63,596 bases of DNA from Fonticula alba ATCC 38817 (Eukaryota; Protista; Nucleariida): NCBI GenBank assembly GCA_000388065.2, contig KB932202.1, one strand, 5' to 3'. Under the pieces are notes generated by a model. That model worked only from the letters and a program-made list of their open reading frames with translations, made no database searches and was not told the DNA's origin. Positions 55,235 through 63,596 of this stretch are shown here, one piece after another (position 1 is the stretch's first letter; the number at the start of each line of letters is the position of its first letter). The position numbers were made by a program, and so were the translations under genes.

Positions 55235-57054
55235 GGCCGTGCCCTCCTTGCCGGCCAAGCTGCCGGCCGGCGGGGCGGCCGCATTCCCGACCGCCGGCGG
55301 CCCCGCCGTCGAGGGGGGAGCACCAGTCTGCCCCAGCGTCGACAGGGTCGGCGAGGAAGCGGTCCGGGTGAGGACACGCCCGGTTGAGTCCGGCCGCGGC
55401 GGCAACACCGTCACCGTGGATGACGACGCAAACACCAGGGCATCGATCTCGGCCAGGGTGGCGTCGGCCGCGGCCCGGGCCAGCTCCGCGCGTTGATCCG
55501 CCTGCAGTAGACCACCCCCGGGGACCGGCGGGGGCATGGCCGCCACCAAGGGCGGGGGCACATGCATCGGCCGGCCGGCCGGGGCGGCGGTCGTCATCGG
55601 CCGCGGCGGGAGCACCGGCTGCCCGGCGCCAGGGGGGGGCGGTGCCGCCATGGCGACCGCCGATCCGGCCGGTGGCGGCCGGCCACCGCGCGGGGCGAAG
55701 GGCGACACGGCCACCGCCGCCGGCCCGGCGGGGCCTCCCCCGGGCCCGGGGTCCTCCGCCAGGCCAGCCCCACCCACCGGGCTCAAGGGCCCGGTGTCAT
55801 ACGTGAGCGAGGTGATGTCCCCGGCGCTGGGGAAGGAGGACAAAGACCCCAGGGCGCCAGGCCCGCCGGGCCCGGCGGCCCCGGGCGGGCCCAAGAAAGC
55901 CGGGCCACCGGGAACATGATGCCCGGACCCGAGTCGTGCCGGGAGGGTCCCATACCGGGCGGGGGCCGCTCCGCCCGACGGCAAGCCCACAGGGTACGGG
56001 CTCGGCGAGGGGCCATTCCCGGGGCCGGGGTGGAGCGGCACGCCGGCCGGCCGGCCGCCGGCCCCATGGTAGGACGGCTCCCACGGGGAGATGGGCACCG
56101 CCGGGGAGGGAGCAGTCGGGGGCACCCCGGCGGCGGGGGGCTCGGCCCCCGGGCGCAAGACCGGCCGGCCGACGGGAGGCGGAACCATGCCACCGGGGCC
56201 GAGGCCGCCGGACAGGGCCACGATCGGCGGCGAGGGGGTCGACGACACGACGGCCGTTTGCGAGTGCGAGAAGGAGAAAGGCGTGGCAAAGTTCCGGACC
56301 GGGGTCGGAAGGAGGATGACAGTGGGGATGTGCGTGGAGGCCGGGGGCGCCGCCGGGGCGGGGAACTCGGCCATCGGGACCACGGCCACCGGGACCACGG
56401 ACGCTTGCCCGGGGAGTAGGGGTCCGCCGAGGGCCGCCGGCACGCCGGACTCCGGGCCCGGGCCCGGGCCAAAGTTGGCCGGCTCGGTCTTTTGGTACTG
56501 GAAGAGGGCATGCGCGCAGCGCTCCCACGCTTCGTGCCAGTCGTCCGGGGGCTGGTGCCAGCGGGCCAGGAGGCTGGAATACTCGCCGCCCGGGTTGAGG
56601 GTGTCGATGGAGGCCTGGGCCATGAGCGGTCGCACCGGGGCCGCGGCTTCCAGCTCGGCGCACGCCCGGCAGGCGGCAAAGCACTGGAGGCAGGCGCCGG
56701 CCAGGTGCGCCGGTACTCCGCCAGGATCCGACGACCCCTGGGCATCGGCCCCGGGCCAGGGAGGGAGGTGGACCACCCGCACGGCCGCCGCCGGGAGCAG
56801 GCCCAGCCGGCCCCGGTGCTCGGCCACAATGAAGCCCTGGTTCCGGGCGGCCGCACGCACGGCCTCCGCCACGGAGGTTGATGACGTGCCGCCGGAGGCG
56901 CCGGACTCGCCGGAGCCACCCACCGACCCGGCAGATGACGAGGACACCAGCACATCCAGGATGGTGATGGTGTCGCCCCGGCGGACGGCCAGCTCTCGGG
57001 CCGACATGTGGGGGCGCTCGATGTTTGCCACGACAATGGCCTCAGGGAGGTAGC
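51944..57054 (-). CDS. SH3-like domain + long low-complexity linker + C-terminal STE20/GCK-like Ser/Thr kinase; 5' end unresolved. Exons 57054-53069, 52908-52636, 52487-52203, 52099-51944
   Basis: Kinase motifs [85 protein letters not shown]|[38 protein letters not shown]..|RPSAETLL are typical of MST3/4/STK25-like kinases. SH3-like [13 protein letters not shown]...[11 protein letters not shown] at ~57045-56775. GT-AG introns are phase consistent. Confidence 0.9.
54242..54374 (-). repeat. Coding 18-bp tandem repeat, about 7 copies, encoding (ASTTGP)n
   Basis: Plus-strand unit GCTGGCGGGCCCGGTGGT repeated with two variant copies, inside the kinase-gene exon. Confidence 0.9.
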
Positions 57055-60000
57055 CTACAGAGGGGGAGGGGGGGGGNNNNNNNNNNCGCGCAGTCCCGCA
57101 CACGCACGGACGCACCAGCTCATTAGCACTTCCGAGGGAGGGACCGGCCCCGCACCACGTCACAAAGGTCCAGACTGCGCGGCCCCCTCCCCCCGGGGGG
57201 GGGGGGGGCGACCGAGGGCGGGAACGAACGCCCCACCCCTGGAGGGGGCTCCCCTCCCCCGGGCGGTTGGCCCCGCCAAGGCGACGAGAGCCCGCCCCCG
57301 GCCGCCGGAAGATCGCCCCCGTTGCCGGCCCCTTGCCCGTGCTCTGGCGGGCGGCAATCACGGATGCCGGAGGCAGGAATGCGCCAGCCAACCGCACGGC
57401 TGGGAGCCCTTGCGCGGGGGGCCGGCCGCGCTGCCGGCGCCCCCGGACGGGGCGCCGGCCCGGGGCGACAAAGGCGAAATCAAAATAGAGCCCCCCTCGG
57501 CCGGCTGGCCGGCCGGCCGGCTCTTGCCGCCCGCACGAACGCGGGCGTGCGTGCCCCCGCGCCCGGCGCGGGCAGAAGCCAGGGCGCGCGCTCCCTCGGC
57601 GCCGGGAGGCGCATTCGACCTGGCCGGGGGGGGGGGAGGGCGCCGGCGCGAGGGGAGCTGTGCGCACGCGCTCGAACGCGCCCCCGGGCACACAAGAGGG
57701 CCGGCAGGGGCGGCATGCGCGCCCTGCGTCCTGGCACACCAGCCAAGGGTGTCATGCCTTGGTCCCCCCCCCCCCCCCCGCCCGCCGGCTGCCCCTTTGG
57801 CGCCCCGTACCCCCGGAACGGCCGGAAGGCCCCGCGCGCCCCTCTGCCCCCTCCTCGCCAGGCACACAGCAGGCCCAGCAGGGGAAGCATGCAAGGACGA
57901 CGCGGACGCCGACGACACCTTCGGCTCCCTGCCCGGTGGGTCGGCGCGCGCGCGCGCGCGCGAGTGCGGAAAAATGGCCCCCTCCACTGGCCGGGCCTCG
58001 GTGGCGCGGGCCCTGGCGCCGGCGCCCGTCCTGGGGACCTGGGGGCCTGTGCCTGCCCACTGCCGGCCCCCGGCCGGCCGCGGCGACCAGGCCCCGGCGG
58101 ATATTGTGTTCGCTCCTCGGCGGGCACCGACACCCCCCGACCCGGCGGTTGCATTTGCGCCCTCCCCCCCGCATCGGGAAACGGCCGCGAGGGGGGGGGG
58201 GGACGGCGAACCGGTGCTCTGGGGGGAGGTGCCCGCGCCAGCCGGGGCCCGCGCCGGCGCGCCGCTAAGTGCCGACCCACCTCCCGGATGCTGCGGGATG
58301 CAGAGCGCGCGATGCGCCCGCCGGCCTCCGCATCTCGGACATGAGTCACACCGGCCAGGGACAGACGGGGGCGGGCGCCCGCGCGGCCTGGCTCGCGACC
58401 GGGGCCGGGGGCAGGCAGGCGGAGCAGGCCGGGCCGGGCCGGGCCGGCGGATCGCTCCCGGGCCCCCCCTTCCGGCCGGCCGCTGTTGCCAACACGGGTC
58501 CGCGGTGGCCGCCGGCACACACGCGGCCGCGCCCACTGCGCATGGGGGCCCGGGCGGGCGTTTCGCCGCGTGCGTACACGCGCCTCCGCCGGAAGCCGCC
58601 GGAACTTCCCCGGAAAAGCCCTCCCCCTCCCAGGCAGGCATATTAATTCGCGCTCTGCCCGGGGGGCAGGCAGAAGTCGGCGAAGACGGCCAGACAGATG
58701 CGCAACGCGGCCGCCAGGGAAGGCCGGCTCCTCCAGAAAGGCAATATGCCTCCCGGGCATACCTCCTCGTGGCACGCGGGCATACGTGTGCCCAGGTGGG
58801 TGTGTGTGTGTGTGTGTGTGTGTGTGCCTCGGGGCTTTTTAGCCGGTCTAGCCCTCGACGGGCGCGGAGGCCCCTGGCGCCAGAGCTCAGAGGCAAGGAG
58901 CGAAGGGCGTCCGGGGGGGGGGGGGGACCGGAACTCCGGCCAGAGAGAGAAAGGCCGCCCCGCCGAGGGGGGATGTAAATATAATAATCCGCCAGATATA
59001 TTATTCCCGAGGTGTTTGCGAATGCTCGCTGCCCCCGGACTCGGCCAAGGCGTGGCCCGCTGGAAAGGGCGCCCGGTGTTTGTTCATGTGCCGCATTTGA
59101 CAGGGCTTCACACTCGGGCGAAGGGCGGGCCCGGGGTCGGGCGGGGCGGAGGCCCGCGCGCACTCGGGCCGCGCGATCCCGCCTCCGCGCTCTCGCGCAA
59201 ACGCACCCGGCTCATGGTGCGTGGCCACCCTCGCCAGCAGATGGCCCTGGCGGCCACCGCGAGTCCTGGGGGGGGGGGGACGGGGGTGCCGCGGGCACCA
59301 CGCCAGGTGTGGCGCCGGCGCAACGGTCCGCCCAGCCTATCGTGCCCTTGCTGCCCCCCGCCCCCCCCCCCCGGGGGGCGGGCGGGGTCGAGGGGCAACC
59401 GGCCGCGCCCGCAAACAAAGGCTCACTGCTCTTTCCGGTGACAAGCATATGTAAGCAGCCGTCGCTGGCTGCGCCTCTGCGTCGACCCTGGCGAGAGCAA
59501 CGGAGGCGACGGCGGCGGCGCCGCAGATGTGCGCCACCAGGCAGGGCCGCCTCCGGGTGGGGGTCGCCGCCGGCGCGCGCCCGCACCCATGGCGCCCCGG
59601 CCCCCGCGTCCCCCCTCACCGGCCCCGCCAAGGGGGCAACCGTCGAGCCCGGGGGCCCGGCACCGGAGTCTCGGCTCCGGGCAGGCGCAGGGTGGTGGGC
59701 TCTCGGCGCGCCCGGAGCGCGGCGCGTCTGCCCAGCGAGAGCGTGGGGGATTAATTGGCCCCCGCGTTCCCGGCGTAAGGGGGCGGGCGGGGGGGGGGCG
59801 GAGGTGCGGCTGACGCCGAGCTGGGCTGCGCAGCAGCAGCAGCAGCAGCAGCAAACCGCGCGCATAGCGGCTATCCTGCTCCGCATCACGTCCCCTCTCC
59901 TCGGCCGGCCCGCCGGACTTCCGTCAGTCTGCGTCGCGCCCTCTCCTCCCCCGCCCCTCCGGCCCCGAACACCGGGTGTTCCCTGGGCAGGGGGATATCC

Positions 60001-61171
60001 TCCTCGAGCCGTCGGGTCCCGCGGTGTGCGGCGCCGGCCCTGCCTGTCGCACGGGGCCGCGACCCCGGGCGCGTTCCGCCCTCGGACCAGGCGGCGGCCA
60101 GCGAGCATCCCGGCGTACGTGGTGAGCTCGGCCCCCGCGCCCTTGCGAGGATGTGGTGGCCAGCGACAAGGCAGCAAGGGAGGTGTATGATCTCGCTGGT
60201 GGCCTGCCCTGTGTGTCGTCGCCCCTCGATGTGCGGGCGGCCGCCGCTCGTGCAGGCCTCCGCCGCGATTCCCCCCGTCCGGGCGGGCCCGCCGTCTGGG
60301 GAGGCAGTCCGTGTCGCGGGCGGAGAGCACCCCTCCAGCCGCGGGGCGCAAACAGTGTCCCAGGCGGGAGGGGGGGGGGGGGGGGGCCGGGCAGCAAGGA
60401 CCCAAAGGTGGCCCCACCCCGTCCCGTCCAACCCTCCCCACAAAAACCGAGGGACACCCCACCAGAGGAGCGAAGAGAGGGGGAGAAGCCACCCCAACCC
60501 CCCCCCCAACAGACAAAAGGGAGCGGGCCGAGAGGGGGGGGGGAGGCCCGAGGAGCCGACGCCAGGGCGCCCCCCTGTTCCCTCCTGGCCCGGCCTCCAA
60601 AAGGGGGCCTCCGGCGAACGTGTCGCCGCGGGAAGGGCGCGCGCGCGCAGAGCGCGTTCCCGGCCCCTCTGCCGCACTCCCCCCCCCACCCCCCGTGCGC
60701 GGGCGTATTTTGATGCCCCCGCTGAGAGACAGCCGGAGCCGCACCCCACTGCTCCTCGCGCCCCTGCTTGGCGGGAATAGGAGAAGGCCCCAACTCGCGG
60801 TGCGGTCAACCCCCGGGGGCCGGGGGAGGGTAGAGGCACCGGCGGGCGCGTGCCGGGCGGCGGCGGCGGCGGCGGCGACGGCGGCGGCGGCGACGGCGGC
60901 GGGGAGGGGGGGGGGACACGGCTGTTGTCGCGGCCGCCCGCGCTGCACCCTCCGCCGCCCCCCGCCAGCCCCGGCCCCCTCGGTCGGCGCCTCGCGGCCA
61001 GCCGGCCCGGGGTGTTTCAACCGACTGAGACGGCCCGTCTCCCTCGGGGGCCATGATTGTAATGCAACCTCCGGCCGATCCATGGCGAGTGAGCCTTGCC
61101 AGTAATATCCGCCGGAGGGAGGCAGAAATCGACCACTTTTCGGNNNNNNNNNNAGGGAGAGAGAGGGGGGG

Positions 61172-61202
<31 letters not shown>

Positions 61203-61214
61203 CAGAGGACGCAC

Positions 61215-61359
61215 CATTGGCATCGGGGCTGATGCCGACGGCCTTGGAAAGCTCGCGCGCCCGGAAAAAGCGCAAACCGCGCCGCGTGATGAGCCCCTCC
61301 CGGAAGGAGAGCTCACATTGACGGAGGGCCTCGCTGATGTCCAGCGGAAGGGCGGTCAT
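61215..61359 (-). CDS. First exon encoding a DIP2-type DMAP1-binding domain; downstream exon uncertain
   Basis: MTALPLDISEALRQCELSFREGLITRRGLRFFRARELSKA aligns by eye with DIP2 LPAEVRESLAELELELSEGDITQKGYEKKRAKLL. In-frame TAA just upstream of the ATG; GTGCGT donor at 61214 (phase 1), then a (CT)n tract and an N-gap. Confidence 0.7.
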
Positions 61360-61965
61360 CGGCTCAATTTAAGACATAGATGTGGACCGGCGGACGAGGG
61401 CGGCGGCGGCGGCGGCGGGAAGGAGGAGGAGGAGGAGAGGAGGGGGAGGGGCAGGAGGGAGAATCAAAGAGAAAGAGAGGGGAGAAGAGGAAGCAGGCAG
61501 GGGAGGTCGGGCGGGGAGGGGCACAAGGCGCGGCCGTGCGGCAAGCGGGCAGGGTGCGCGTGTGTCTCGGGGAGACGGAAGCAAGTGCGGGGAAGCAGGG
61601 AGGCAGCGCGGAGGGAGCGGGGAAGGGTGGAGGGGGGGGTGGCAGGCAAACAACGGAAGGAGCGAAGGGGAGGCGGTTGTTGGCGCGAGGAGATCCCTGC
61701 GCGAGAGAGAGGAATGTTTGACAAAAAGCATGTCCACGGAAAGGGATGGCACATGTCTCGTTTGCTATGCCCCAGCTTGCCAGGAGCCGGCGGCCCCGGG
61801 GTGTGGCTCTCTCCCTTTCTGCGCTGGGGCCCGGGCGGCGCGAGATCTCCCTCAGTCCGCGCCGGGGCCCGTCCTCCTGGTCGTCGGCCGTGGCTGTGCC
61901 GCTCCCTGCGTGTCCCGGGCTTCGTGCCGACCTGCCCACCGCTTCTTGGGGACAAGAGGAGGACC

Positions 61966-62003
<38 letters not shown>

Positions 62004-62904
62004 CAGAGAGAGAGAGGCAGAGAGAGAGAGAGAGAGACCCCCGGCTTGGGCTAAAACGCGTGCACCGATCGCCAGGAATTCGACCGCCCGCCGGTTCCCC
62101 CGCCCCCATCCATGTCTGGGCGGCTGGGGAAGAGGCCCCGGCACAGATCGGCACCTCATCTCGCGTCGCGCGCGGCCGCGGTGGGTGCAGCGGTTATTTC
62201 GGGGGCCGGCGCACCCTAGATCCTAAGGCGCCCCGGGGGGCGAAGGGGGGGGGGCGGGGGAACCGGCGGGGGGGCGGGGGGCGGGGAACAAGAGCGCGGA
62301 GACACGGCCGAACCCAGAGACGCGCACAGGCATGCAAGCGCCCAAACGCAAGGACGACTCGGCCACACGGCGACATGCTTCGGTTTCGGCGCACGCGCCC
62401 CGGCCTGCGTGCTCAAGCGCGGAATTAATGTGGACGAGACCCGCGAAAAGCGCGCGAGACGCCGAAGCGGGGGCAGGGGGAACGAGGTCCAGGGGGCGAG
62501 GACATCCTCCCTGTGCCCTGTACCCCCCCCTCCCTGCTCCGCCTGTGCCGGTGGGGAAAGGGGGGGCGGGGGCGGGGGCGGGAGCCGGGGGCCGGGGGCC
62601 GGGGGGCCCGGGACCCGGCAAGATGCGCACCCAGCGCTGACCTCCGCCCCCCACCCGGGGGCGCCGCCCCCGGCGGAGGCCCGGGGCAGGAAGCAAGGGT
62701 GGGCGAAGAGCCGGAGTGAGCCCCGCGCATAGCATATTATCGGCCGGGTAGGTTTCCATGACCGCGGCACTTGCCAACTCTCGGCCGTCCGGGCCGGCTG
62801 GTCGGCGCGCGCGCGCGCACACACACCAAAAAAGACCCACCAAGAACGTGGAGCGCGGCGTAAGCACGCAGGGCGTTGGCACCTTGAGGGAGGCACGTGT
62901 CCCT

Positions 62905-63596
62905 TTTTAACCCGTGTCTGCTGTTGGAGAGGGCCGAGCGTGGTCACGCGACATTCCCGGAGGGTGGCATGTGTAGTGGTATCCCCCAATCTCTATAAAC
63001 CAAGTCACAGGTTGAATTACAAGATCCCCACGTGAACGGCCCCGTGGGAGATTATGGCATGCTTGAATGGCATTCCTCCTCAGGAGGAATGCGGGGTAGA
63101 TCGACAGCCAGATGGCCGCCGAGTACCGGGCCAGTTCGGTGGCCCAGGAAAGGAGGGAGACACGCGTGCGCGCGGGGTTCTCAGATCCACCCCACGACCA
63201 ACCCAAGGTCAAAAGGGGGACTCCCTGCGGGAGCCTCCTGAGAGCGAAGACCTTAGCAGCTATGACGATGTTGACTATGTTGACGATGTTGAAGTATACG
63301 CTTGTATGCTAAGACAACCTGACAGAGTCTCAGCCCAGCCTGCGAACATCTGTTCTAAGGCTTCCTCTCGAACCCCTTTTGTTACACGAATTGCTTTCTA
63401 TTTTGCCCCCCCCCCCAAACCCCCCCCTAGGTCGAGTTACCTTGTCTCGTCGCTAGTAATCTCATCACCCTTCTGGTTCGGTACGCCCTCCTTCATGCCC
63501 GAGCGGTCCCTAACCAGTAGTAAGATTTCCGGTATAGCTTCCGTCAAAGCTTCACTCCTTTGACGTAAGACTGGATCCGTGAGAACCCTGCTACAG
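62905..63596. other. Compositionally distinct (less GC-rich) segment at the window edge; candidate mobile-element or foreign sequence
   Basis: Abrupt drop in GC by eye after ~62905; several hairpins; a stop-free minus-strand frame runs in from the edge to TAA at 63439-63437. No diagnostic transposase, RT or integrase motif seen. Confidence 0.3.

Noticed and set aside
59212-61123. 715-aa ORF continuing the DMAP1-binding exon across the gap
   Set aside because: It reads through a clear donor, a (CT)n tract and Ns; the downstream sequence has atypical codons and no DIP2 similarity.

Overview
Intron-rich, very GC-rich eukaryotic scaffold segment with ten N-gaps. Style (GTGCGT/GTACGT/GTATGT donors, poly-C and (CT)n/(CA)n introns, Gly/Ala/Pro/Ser-expanded proteins) resembles a unicellular opisthokont such as Fonticula alba; that assignment is inference. 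Contents left to right: synaptojanin-like Sac1 + inositol 5-phosphatase gene (+, 345-9399) with an antisense tRNA-His(GUG) inside a gap-bounded intron; intronless TMEM97 (+); S-adenosylhomocysteine hydrolase (-) with the plant/bacterial-type ~40-aa insert; a ~24.7-kb SZT2 (KICSTOR scaffold) orthologue (+, 16899-41642) with an unexpected ankyrin-repeat module; WDR18/Ipi3 (-) head-to-head with RNA Pol III second-largest subunit (+, 3' end in a gap); a minus-strand protein with a degenerate SH3, long low-complexity linker and C-terminal STE20/GCK-like kinase; an orphan DIP2-type DMAP1-binding exon (-, 61359-61215) that is splice-phase compatible with the SH3-kinase exon; and a less GC-rich, hairpin-containing segment at the right edge. 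Best candidate novelty: a putative DMAP1-binding/SH3/STE20-kinase protein, then ankyrin-bearing SZT2 and plant-type SAHH. Most ORFs in the supplied track are GC-rich shadow frames or read through introns. All family calls come from motif recognition by eye, not database searches.
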